Source of the DNA: Geobacter metallireducens GS-15
GTDB lineage: Bacteria; Desulfobacterota; Desulfuromonadia; Geobacterales; Geobacteraceae
Direction of reading: 5' to 3'
Assembly: GCF_000012925.1 (NCBI RefSeq)
Contig: NC_007517.1
Span: 330,001-362,000 of the forward strand
Length of the DNA: 32,000 nucleotides
Each line of letters begins with the position of its first letter. The stretch's first letter is position 1. The position numbers and the translations under genes are program-made. The notes under the pieces are model-generated. The model worked only from the letters and a program-made list of their open reading frames with translations, searched no databases and had not been told where the DNA came from. Positions 17,050 to 24,892 of this stretch are shown piece by piece.

Positions 17050-17493
17050 ATGGAGGCATTGAAAAAAATCCGCAACACCCCCGTATCCGAGTACATGCAG
17101 CGGGAAGTGGCCAGCATTGAAGGGAGCCAGACCGTTGCCCAGGCGATCCAGCTCATAAAGACGAGAAAGGTTGCCAGCCTTGTGGTCCTTCCCCGCAACG
17201 AGGACGATGTGTACGGCATCCTCACGGTGCGGGACATCCTCGGCAAGGTCATCGACCCGGGGGAGAACATCTACCGCGATATCTGGAACACCCAGGTGCA
17301 CGACATCATGACCAAGCCGGTCTACAGCATCGACCCGACCATGCGGGTGAAGTACGCGCTGCGGATGATGAACCGGCTCGGCGTCCGGCGGCTCGTGGTG
17401 CTCCGGGGGAACGAACTGGCGGGGATCATCAGCGAGATCGAGATCTTCCGGGCAGTCGAGGATTTGCCGGCAGTGGCCCAGGTGGCCCTGTAG
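17050..17493 (+). CDS. CBS-pair domain protein
   Basis: 147 aa with two CBS repeats (EYMQREVASIE...GILTVRDIL and DIMTKPVYSID...GIISEIEIF). AGGAGG RBS. Confidence 0.88.
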   Translation: MEALKKIRNTPVSEYMQREVASIEGSQTVAQAIQLIKTRKVASLVVLPRNEDDVYGILTVRDILGKVIDPGENIYRDIWNTQVHDIMTKPVYSIDPTMRVKYALRMMNRLGVRRLVVLRGNELAGIISEIEIFRAVEDLPAVAQVAL

Positions 17494-17520
17494 CCGCAAC
17501 ACCCACGCAGGGAGGCAGTC

Positions 17521-19224
17521 ATGGAGCACAAATTCGACATAGTCATCGTCGGGGCAGGGGGAGGAGGGCTGTTCGCCGCCCTGGAGGCGGTGCGCACCAA
17601 CCCGCGGGTTTCCGTGGCCGTCATCTCCAAGGTCTACCCGACCCGCTCCCATACCTCCGCGGCCCAGGGGGGGGTCAACGCGGCCCTGGGGAACAAGGAC
17701 CGGGACGACACCGTGGATCTCCATGTCTTCGACACCGTCAAGGGGAGCGACTACCTGGCGGACCAGGATGCCGTCGACTACCTCTGCAGCCAGGCCCCGT
17801 CGGTGGTGCGGGAGCTGGAGAACCTGGGGGCGCCGTTTTCGCGATTCGCTGATGGCACCATCGCCCAGCGCCCCTTCGGCGGGACCGTGAAGGACCGCTG
17901 CTGCTACTGCGCCGACAAGACCGGCCATACCCTCCTCCACACCCTGTTCGAGCAGTGCCTCCGCCGGGGGGTGACGTTCTTCAACGAATATTTCCTCCTC
18001 TCCCTGGAGCATGCCGACGGCGACTGCCAGGGGGTCATCACCCTGAACATGGCCACGAGCGCCATCGAGACCTTTGTGGCCCCGGTGGTCATCCTGGCCA
18101 CCGGCGGCCACGCCAAGATGTACTGGAACCGCTCCAGCAACGCGGCCGGCAACACCGGTGACGGCCAGGCCGCGGCCCTGCGGGCCGGCATTCCCCTGAA
18201 GGACATGGAGTTCATCCAGTTCCACCCGACGGGCCTGCGCAAGAGCGGGCTCCTGGTGACGGAAGGGGCGAGGGGCGAGGGGGGGTATCTCCTCAACCGC
18301 CACGGGGAGCGCTTCATGGTCCGCTATGCCCCCCAGAAGATGGAGCTGGGTCCCCGGGACCTGGTGGCCCGCTCCATGGAGACGGAGATCATCGAGGGGA
18401 ACGGCTTCGAGAGCGATGCCGGGAGCTACATCGAACTGGATCTCCGCCACCTGGGTGCCGAGGCCATCAAGAAGAAGCTCCCCCAGATCAGGGAACTCTC
18501 CATGCACTTCGAGGGGGTGGACCCCATCGCGGAGCCGATCCCGGTCCGTCCCACGGCCCACTACTCCATGGGGGGGATCGACGCCCACATGGCGAAGACC
18601 GCGGTCCGCGGCGTCTTTGCCGTGGGGGAGTGCGCCTGCGTCTCCGTGCACGGGGCCAACCGGCTGGGGGGAAACTCGCTCCTGGACATCCTGGTGTTCG
18701 GGAAACGAGCGGGACAGGAGGCGGCCGAGGAGGCCCCCCGGCGCAGGGCGCTGGGGATACCCCCGGGCGCGGTTGCGGGGATGGCCGACGAAATCAGGTC
18801 GTACGCCAATCCTGAGCGCTACGAGCGTTACGGCATCATCAGGGAGGAGATGGGAAAGGCCATGGGGGACAACGTGGGGATCTATCGGGTCGAAGAGAGG
18901 CTCCGCACGGGGGTGGAAGAGATCCTGGCCCTGCGGGAGCGCTTCCGGCGCATCCGGCTCTTCGACACGGGGACCGTCTACAACACCAACCTGATTCAGA
19001 TCCTGGAGCTCAAGAACATGCTCGACCTGGCCTCCTGCGTCGCCATCACCGCCCTGGCCCGGCAGGAGAGCAGGGGGTCCCATTACCGCGAGGACTTCCC
19101 CCGGCGTGACGACGGAGCGTGGCACATCCATTCCCTCTGCACCATGGAGCGGGATGGCGAGGTCCGTCTCGGCCACAAGCCGGTCACCATGGGGAAATAC
19201 TCCCTCGAGACAAGGAGTTACTAA
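17521..19224 (+). CDS. sdhA: Succinate dehydrogenase/fumarate reductase flavoprotein subunit (cytoplasmic, no Tat/Sec signal)
   Basis: 567 aa. FAD fold DIVIVGAGGGGLFAA. FHPTG covalent-FAD histidine context. HYSMGG and RLGGNSL motifs. Confidence 0.93.
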   Translation: MEHKFDIVIVGAGGGGLFAALEAVRTNPRVSVAVISKVYPTRSHTSAAQGGVNAALGNKDRDDTVDLHVFDTVKGSDYLADQDAVDYLCSQAPSVVRELENLGAPFSRFADGTIAQRPFGGTVKDRCCYCADKTGHTLLHTLFEQCLRRGVTFFNEYFLLSLEHADGDCQGVITLNMATSAIETFVAPVVILATGGHAKMYWNRSSNAAGNTGDGQAAALRAGIPLKDMEFIQFHPTGLRKSGLLVTEGARGEGGYLLNRHGERFMVRYAPQKMELGPRDLVARSMETEIIEGNGFESDAGSYIELDLRHLGAEAIKKKLPQIRELSMHFEGVDPIAEPIPVRPTAHYSMGGIDAHMAKTAVRGVFAVGECACVSVHGANRLGGNSLLDILVFGKRAGQEAAEEAPRRRALGIPPGAVAGMADEIRSYANPERYERYGIIREEMGKAMGDNVGIYRVEERLRTGVEEILALRERFRRIRLFDTGTVYNTNLIQILELKNMLDLASCVAITALARQESRGSHYREDFPRRDDGAWHIHSLCTMERDGEVRLGHKPVTMGKYSLETRSY

Positions 19225-20258
19225 TGGAACGGCGAGAGGTTTCATTCCGCATCTACCGCTACAACCCCCAGGTTGACCGCACTCCTTTTTACGACAACTT
19301 CAGGATTGCCGTCGAGAAGGGGATTACCATCCTGCGCGCCCTGAACCACATCAAGGAGCACCTGGAGCCGCGCCTTACCTTCCGGGCCTTCTGCCAGGCG
19401 GGAATCTGCGGTTCCTGCGCGGTCCGCATCAACGGGGTCTCGAAGCTTGCCTGCACGACCCAGGTCTGGGACGAGCTGGGGGGGGACGGAGAACACACGA
19501 TCCTCATCGAGCCCCTGAACAATCTGGAAGTGATCCGGGACCTGGTGGTGGACATCGACCCGATCATGGACAAGCTGAAAGAGAATTACAGCTGGGTTAA
19601 GCCGGCGATCCCCCAGGAGGAAATGGGTCGGAAAGAGCATCTCGTGAGCGACGGGGAGTTCGAGGCCATCAACGCGGCATCGGACTGTATCCTCTGCGGG
19701 TCGTGCTACTCGGAGTGCAGCATGATGGAGGTGAACCGGAGCTACATCTCGCCGCCGGTCCTCGTGAAGGCGTTCCGCATGAATAACGACTCCCGCGACA
19801 CCCTCGCCTGTGAGCGGCTGGAGCGGGTCTCCTCCGACCACGGCCTGTGGGACTGTGCCCACTGCCACAAGTGCATGGAGCACTGCACCAAGAACATACC
19901 GATCATGGACGGCATCCACCGCCTGCGGGAGGAAGCCTTTGAGCGGGGGATGACCGACTCCGAGGGGGCCCGTCACGCCCAGGCATTCTTCGACGACATC
20001 CGCGACCTCGGCAGGCTGAGGGAGGTCACCTTGCCGCTCCGCACCAAGGGGATGATCGGGAGCCTCAGGATGGTACCCCTGGCGGTCAAGATGGGGCTCA
20101 AGGGTCGGACTCCACCCCTGTGGGTGCGGCCGATTCCCGACATCGACCGGGTCAGCGACATTTACAGCCGCCTGGAGGCAAATCCGGGCGGGGAGGCTGT
20201 AGGGGCAATTCATGAATTGCCCCTACGGTCGGCGCCACGAAGCGGAGAGTGCCTATGA
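19224..20258 (+). CDS. sdhB: Succinate dehydrogenase/fumarate reductase iron-sulfur subunit with C-terminal extension
   Basis: The ATG overlaps the sdhA TAA (TAATG). 2Fe-2S motif [21 protein letters not shown], plus [11 protein letters not shown] and [11 protein letters not shown]. About 90 extra C-terminal residues. Confidence 0.88.
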   Translation: MERREVSFRIYRYNPQVDRTPFYDNFRIAVEKGITILRALNHIKEHLEPRLTFRAFCQAGICGSCAVRINGVSKLACTTQVWDELGGDGEHTILIEPLNNLEVIRDLVVDIDPIMDKLKENYSWVKPAIPQEEMGRKEHLVSDGEFEAINAASDCILCGSCYSECSMMEVNRSYISPPVLVKAFRMNNDSRDTLACERLERVSSDHGLWDCAHCHKCMEHCTKNIPIMDGIHRLREEAFERGMTDSEGARHAQAFFDDIRDLGRLREVTLPLRTKGMIGSLRMVPLAVKMGLKGRTPPLWVRPIPDIDRVSDIYSRLEANPGGEAVGAIHELPLRSAPRSGECL

Positions 20259-21103
20259 GATACGCTTATTTCCTGAGTTGCATCAACGAGTCCATGACCA
20301 GGGAAGTGGACCAGTCCCTCCACCTGTGGAAAAAGGACCTGGACCTCGAACTGGTGACCCTGGAGAACGGGACCTGCTGCGGGGGGAGCAACCTCGATTA
20401 CGTGAGCCCCGACCACTTCATCATCGTCAACGGGCGGAACATCGCCCTTGCGGAGCAATTGGGGCTCGATCTCGTGACCTCCTGCAGCACCTGCCTTCTG
20501 ACCCTGCGCCGCGCCAAGCATCTCCTGGGCACCTCCCCCGAGAAGCGGGAGCTGGTGAATGCCCATCTGGCGGACGAAGGGCTCCGCTATGAAGGGGCCA
20601 GCGACGTGAAGCACCTCCTCTGGGTCATCAACGAGGATTACGGACTGGAGAGGCTTGCCGGCAAGGTGACCGCCCCTCTCTGGGGGGTCCGCTTCGCCCC
20701 GTTCTACGGCTGCCACATCCTGCGCCCCTCCTCCCTCCTGGGGAGGGACAACCCCGCCGCCCCCTCGTCCCTGGACCGCCTGGTTGAGGCCCTTGGCGGG
20801 AGCCTGGTGGAGTACGGCTCCAAGAACAAGTGCTGCGGCTTCCATACCCTCCTGGTGGCGGAGAAGCAGTCCCTCGCCATGACGGGGAACGCCCTTGAGG
20901 ATGCGCTCCGGGCCGGGGCCGACTACATCGTCACCCCGTGCCCCCTCTGTCACACCGCCCTCGATGCCTACCAGGACAGGGCTCTGTCGGGACGTGCCGC
21001 GGCCGGAAACATTCCGGTCCTCCACCTCTCCCAGATGATCGGCCTCGCCTTGGGATATTCAAAAGAGGAGCTCGGCATAGACCGTCATATGGTCGCCGCA
21101 TAG
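20255..21103 (+). CDS. HdrB-like CCG-domain subunit (type E SdhE / thiol:fumarate reductase-like)
   Basis: ATGA overlap with the sdhB stop. Two cysteine-rich CCG repeats (GTCCGG...SCSTC and KCCGFH...PCPLCH). No TM helices. Confidence 0.85.
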   Translation: MRYAYFLSCINESMTREVDQSLHLWKKDLDLELVTLENGTCCGGSNLDYVSPDHFIIVNGRNIALAEQLGLDLVTSCSTCLLTLRRAKHLLGTSPEKRELVNAHLADEGLRYEGASDVKHLLWVINEDYGLERLAGKVTAPLWGVRFAPFYGCHILRPSSLLGRDNPAAPSSLDRLVEALGGSLVEYGSKNKCCGFHTLLVAEKQSLAMTGNALEDALRAGADYIVTPCPLCHTALDAYQDRALSGRAAAGNIPVLHLSQMIGLALGYSKEELGIDRHMVAA

Positions 21104-21161
21104 TCAGTCCGATACATTTTTGAGTGGACGAGCACTTACAGCCATGGGTGCTCCTTTCTCT

Positions 21162-21187
21162 GGCCGGGGGACGCTCCGGCCTTTTTT
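21162..21187 (+). terminator. Rho-independent terminator at the end of the ACL-like/fumarate reductase operon
   Basis: GGCCGG (21162-21167) pairs with CCGGCC (21176-21181) around an 8-nt loop, followed by TTTTTT. Confidence 0.75.
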
Positions 21188-21222
21188 ATCCTTTCCCTCT
21201 TCGGTTCCTTATGCAGGAACGA

Positions 21223-21260
21223 GGTAACTCTTCTCTCCCACTATGTTACCGTACGGTAAC
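21223..21260. promoter_or_regulatory. Putative enhancer (UAS) for sigma54 promoter P3
   Basis: Perfect 16-bp palindrome GTTACCGTACGGTAAC at 21245-21260, plus a GGTAAC half-site at 21223-21228. The centre is 105 bp upstream of the P3 GG. Confidence 0.55.
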
Positions 21261-21355
21261 GACGGCACGGTTCCTTATCCCTTTTCCCGCGCGCTGTATT
21301 CTGAATAAATCAATGTTATCAAGCCGATGCAATTTTTTGTGTGGCCCGAAGTATT

Positions 21356-21371
21356 TGGTACACCACTTGCC
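21356..21371 (+). promoter_or_regulatory. Sigma54 (-24/-12) promoter P3
   Basis: TGGTACACCACTTGCC has correct GG/GC spacing and is followed by TTGCCATT as in P2 and P4. Confidence 0.7.
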
Positions 21372-21439
21372 ATTAGTCATGGCAAGGAATCTCGATGGCT
21401 CGTCTGTCACCCGTCCGGTTTTCGCAGGAGGTGAAAATC

Positions 21440-22219
21440 ATGGGAAAAATTCTGGAATTGGTTGGCGGCCCCCCCGCATCGGGGAAAACAACGTACATTC
21501 GAACAAACTATGAAACCAAGGGTAGCGGGGAGTTCGTGCATCTTGATTACGACGCAATGGTCGTCAAGGAAGCGGGGAGGTGCCGCGGAGATGTTCAGGA
21601 ACAGGATGTCAGGGATCATGTCAGCATGGTGTACGGTCGCGAGCGCTCCACGGTAATTTACGGTGATGCCGGGAGAGTGACGGTGGATTGGCCCTTTTGC
21701 GTGTCGAAAAGGGCTGAGGAGTACATCTCGATTGGCCGTAATGCCGGCCGTCACATTGAATGCAACTTTTTTACGGCACAGGCCACCGAAGCCTGGAAAC
21801 GGTCGCTGACCCGGCATGTGGCCGGCGAATACAACGCGTTTACGGTCTTTCTGAATAAACACGCCGACATTGGAGAATCATTGCGGCCGAGTTTTCAGGA
21901 CTTTCTGGAAGCCCACCGTGACATGCCGGCATCCGTCGAGCGGATTTTCCCCCAGGCCGACGTGGCGTATCTCTGGGACAACAACGAGCGGGATGCCGTG
22001 CCGGTGCTCATCGCAACGTGCAAAAAAGGCGAAAAAATTCACGTCATCGACCAGGGCCGGTGGGACCGGTTTCAGTACAAGCGGGAGATTGACATTGATG
22101 CCGAATTCGAGGTGCTGGACAGTCGTGTCGAGGAATTCCAGGGAAAGCCGAGAACTCTGTTCAAGGTGCAGTATGCCAATGTAATACGGAGTGGGAGAGA
22201 GAAGGAGTTTTTGATTTAG
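21440..22219 (+). CDS. P-loop kinase, zeta-toxin/AAA_33-like, with no adjacent antitoxin
   Basis: ORF 21395..22219 trimmed to the ATG at 21440 (AGGAGG RBS). Walker A LVGGPPASGKTT at residues 7-18. 259 aa. GC is lower than in the upstream operon. Confidence 0.72.
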   Translation: MGKILELVGGPPASGKTTYIRTNYETKGSGEFVHLDYDAMVVKEAGRCRGDVQEQDVRDHVSMVYGRERSTVIYGDAGRVTVDWPFCVSKRAEEYISIGRNAGRHIECNFFTAQATEAWKRSLTRHVAGEYNAFTVFLNKHADIGESLRPSFQDFLEAHRDMPASVERIFPQADVAYLWDNNERDAVPVLIATCKKGEKIHVIDQGRWDRFQYKREIDIDAEFEVLDSRVEEFQGKPRTLFKVQYANVIRSGREKEFLI

Positions 22220-22267
22220 CCCGGGAGTGTAACAGGGAAGTATCTTTCCCGTTGCGATTTGGGACAT

Positions 22268-22466
22268 TTATCCACTGTTTCCGGCACTTGTTCCGTTACC
22301 TGTTCCAACCCTGAAGCAGTCTGAAGTGTATACACGGAAAATTTGTTATTGACACGTGATTTCATGTGGTTACGCGTGGTGCTTATTCGTTGTGCAGGAT
22401 GCAGAAGTGCCCAATGATACGTGACAATCCTGAAACATATCCACAGTTGCGCGCGACTTATCCACA
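22268..22466 (+). promoter_or_regulatory. Cluster of three DnaA-box-like 9-mers in an ORF-poor spacer
   Basis: TTATCCACT (22268-22276), ATATCCACA (22437-22445) and TTATCCACA (22458-22466) are all in the same orientation. The last two are 21 bp apart. Confidence 0.35.
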
Positions 22467-22555
22467 CCCGCCGTGGAAAGCGTGTGACGCACCGGTTTTC
22501 ATGGCAATTTTTTCATATTAGGGATTCCTTCCCCCGACGGTCGCCGTCGCTTACC

Positions 22556-22900
22556 TCACCCCCCGGCAATCCCGCGAAACTGCAGTGCGGTTTCAGGGCC
22601 GGTGATGGGGCTCCCCTCCTCTTCCTCGTGCTTGAAAAAGATGAAGGCCCTCTCCCATGGTTGCGAGCCCGAGCCCCTCCCCTAGAACTGACAGGGTTCT
22701 GAAGAAGCAGCCGGCCTCCTCCTCTACGTTCCGGAGCTGCTTCAGGTGGGTGATGACCTGGGGCGCCTTGAGCGCAAAGGTGAAATCGTCGGGGACCTGC
22801 TCCGCCCAGGGGGCGAGGACCCTCTCCGCCGGCATGTGATAGAACGTGTCGTTGATCTCCAGCGCGTTGAGGCGCTGCGCGTAGAAGCGGAGCATCTGTC
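22556..22900 (-). pseudogene. DUF72 family gene remnant (N-terminally truncated, internally deleted/frameshifted)
   Basis: One frame reads MLRFYAQRLNALEINDTFYHMP...PDDFTFALKAPQVITH. The C-terminal PWERAFIFFKHEEEEG...* is in another frame, and the expected middle part is missing. Confidence 0.6.
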
Positions 22901-23300
22901 CCATTTCACCTCGAAGACCCAATCGGGGTGGTCGAAGGGGCCTCGGCCGGGGTCGCCAGCATCGGCCGGATGTCACGGGGCATGGGGGGTGCGGGTGCCT
23001 CCTTCAGCGCCGGGTTTTCCAGCGCCTCCCGAAGGCGGATCCGTTCTCTTCTTTTCTGTCCGGACCCTTTCCCCGGGGCGGTTTTGAACGCCTTCTCCTG
23101 GGTCCTGCCGGAGAACACCGAACGGTTCTCGCCGAGGATGTCTTCGCCGGTGGCGTAACGGTCCTTCTTCTTCAGGAGGAGCCACGACTTCCCGTCCTTT
23201 GCCGTCTCCCCCTTGTGGGCATTTTCATGCCCCCCATGGGAAAGTAGTGCCCCAATTGTCTGTTGCCCATCAAGGGCTCCACGCTGCCGCTTCCCTCTAT
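22898..23300 (-). pseudogene. DNA ligase D (LigD) remnant
   Basis: One frame reads SWLLLKKKDRYATGEDI..SVFSGRT and IRPMLATPAEA. PFDHPDWVFEVKWD follows after a 1-nt frame change in a C-run. Homology stops abruptly at the DUF72 junction. Confidence 0.55.
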
Positions 23301-23413
23301 TATTTTCTGTGACGGCCTCTGGTTTCGTTTTCAGGCATTCTGCGCTGGAAGGAGGCGCGCTGCGTATAGTACAAAAGCCTGGATTGAATATAGCAAATGT
23401 GCTATGTTTTTTC

Positions 23414-23754
23414 ATGATTTGGACGATCACCTATTACAGCGAATCGCTTCAAGAGGAAATACTGACAATGCCGGCGGGCTTTCTCGGTAGGTACCTTCGG
23501 TATACCGACCGCATGGAGGCTTACGGTCCGGACCTCGGCATGCCGCACACCCGTGCCATGGGGAAGGGCTGCTCGAACTGCGGCTTAAGGCCTCGGAAGG
23601 TATAGCGCGGGTGTTCTACTGCACCATGGTCGGCAAGAAGATCGTGATGCTGCATCAATTCACGAAGAAAACGGACAAGACTCCGCCCAGAGAGCTTGAA
23701 CTGGCGCGGAGGAGGATGAAGGAGGTCAAGAATGCTCACGCACAAAAAACTTAA
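23414..23754 (+). pseudogene. Gp49/HigB-like RelE-family toxin, frameshifted
   Basis: Frame 1 gives MIWTITYYSESLQEEILTMP...EAYGPDLGMPHTRAMGKG. The sequence continues in the -1 frame from about 23566 (a G-run) as LLELRLKASEGIARVFYCTMVGKKIVMLHQFTKKTDKTPPRELELARRRMKE. Confidence 0.65.
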
Positions 23755-24085
23755 AGCCCGTGCGCTCGAACGCCCGGATGTGAAAGCCGAATATGACCGG
23801 CTTGACGAGGAATTTGCTTTTCTGGACGAATTTCTGAAAGCGCGTGCAGCCGCTGGAGTTACACAGGCGGAAGTTGCCGAACGCATCGGCACGACACAGT
23901 CTGCTATTGCACGGCTTGAGTCAGGAGGAGGAAAACATTCTCCCTCTCTGGCCACGCTGCAGAAGTACGCACACGCCCTCGGCTGCCGTCTGGAGTTGCG
24001 GCTCGTCCAAGAGACTAAAGCTCGGGAAATTGAAGGAAGGGCCAGCCGCCCAAGTCGGGCCGCCACGAAGCGGGTGGCTGGGTAG
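23732..24085 (+). CDS. XRE-family HTH antitoxin (HigA-like)
   Basis: 117 aa. HTH motif VTQAEVAERIGTTQSAIARLESG. Overlaps the 3' end of the toxin remnant. Confidence 0.85.
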   Translation: MLTHKKLKARALERPDVKAEYDRLDEEFAFLDEFLKARAAAGVTQAEVAERIGTTQSAIARLESGGGKHSPSLATLQKYAHALGCRLELRLVQETKAREIEGRASRPSRAATKRVAG

Positions 24086-24239
24086 CTTCGCAACTGTCAG
24101 TGAGAAGGATGGTGTGTTGGCGGCAGAGGTCGTCTCAATGGGGCGTTGTCTATTTGTCAATGACACGGAGTTGGCAAACTATTAAACAACGTTCCTAGTC
24201 TCCCTTAAAGAAAGTTTGATGCTCTCTGCAAATTGGGAG

Positions 24240-24270
24240 TTGATTTTATACGTCAATGCCGTATATTGAC
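24240..24270 (+). promoter_or_regulatory. Sigma70-like promoter with overlapping operator-type inverted repeat for the second TA pair
   Basis: TTGATT (24240-24245), a 16-nt spacer, then TATATT (24262-24267). The inverted repeat GTCAAT (24252-24257) / ATTGAC (24265-24270) overlaps it. Confidence 0.4.
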
Positions 24271-24273
24271 TAC

Positions 24274-24594
24274 ATGGTCACGTTCGTCGAATCACCGTTA
24301 TTTACCAAACAGGTTCATGATTATCTGACTGACGACGAATATCGGATTTTTCAGGCGTTCCTTGCTGCCACACTTGATGCAGGCGATGTGGTGCGCGGTT
24401 CCGGGGGAGTCCGCAAGGTTCGCTGGAACCGTCGCGGCACCGGCAAAAGCGGCGGGGTCAGGGTTCTATATTTTGCCCGTTCAGAAGCAGGCGAAATCTG
24501 GTTGCTACTGATTTACGCCAAGAGCGCTGTTGACAGCATTCCCGGCCATATTCTCAAAGCACTCAAAGAGGAGATGGAACATGTCACTCGATGA
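24274..24594 (+). CDS. RelE/HigB-2-like toxin
   Basis: MVTFVESPLFTKQV...GSGGVRKVRW..RGTGKSGGVRVLYFAR..GEIWLLLIYAKS. The ATG at 24274 is preferred over 24256 because family N-termini begin M-x-F-x-E-x-x-x-F. Confidence 0.8.
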   Translation: MVTFVESPLFTKQVHDYLTDDEYRIFQAFLAATLDAGDVVRGSGGVRKVRWNRRGTGKSGGVRVLYFARSEAGEIWLLLIYAKSAVDSIPGHILKALKEEMEHVTR

Positions 24595-24892
24595 AAAAGA
24601 ACTGCTGGCACGCGATGCAAAGAGAAACATTGGCGAAGAACTCCTCCAGGCCGTGCGAGACATCAAGGCCGGCAAGGTCGGGCGTGTTTCCACCCTGGAA
24701 ATTTCTCCAATAGCTGCGGCTCGCCAAAAGATCGGTCTTTCGCAGAGGGAGTTCGCAAAAATGCTCGGGGTATCGCTCCGCACCCTTCAGGAGTGGGAGC
24801 AGGGGCGTCGGACGCCATCCGGTGCGGCGAAATCTCTCATCACTATTGCCATCAAGAAACCTGAGGTAATCAAAGAACTACTTGCAGCCTGA
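24581..24892 (+). CDS. HTH antitoxin (HigA-2/NadS-like)
   Basis: ORF 24530..24892 trimmed to the ATG at 24581 (GAGGAG RBS). Overlaps the toxin stop by 14 nt. HTH motif LSQREFAKMLGVSLRTLQEWEQGRRTPSGAA. Confidence 0.85.
   Translation: MSLDEKELLARDAKRNIGEELLQAVRDIKAGKVGRVSTLEISPIAAARQKIGLSQREFAKMLGVSLRTLQEWEQGRRTPSGAAKSLITIAIKKPEVIKELLAA

Noticed and set aside
13106-21025. Very long minus-strand ORFs 13106..14116, 14348..17059 (903 aa), 16975..19245 (756 aa), 19242..20213 and 20210..21025
   Set aside because: All are antisense to plus-strand genes with clear enzyme motifs. Their translations are repetitive G/D/E/V/P/L/R-rich without motifs, which is the classical high-GC shadow-ORF pattern.
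22216-22702. ORFs 22216..22467 (minus, 83 aa) and 22421..22702 (plus, 93 aa)
   Set aside because: They have no RBS and no recognisable similarity, and they overlap the DnaA-box spacer and the DUF72 remnant. They are probably noncoding.
24256-24273. ATG 24256 as the start of the HigB-2-like toxin
   Set aside because: It lies between the -35 and -10 elements of the predicted promoter and adds six residues absent from the usual family N-terminus.
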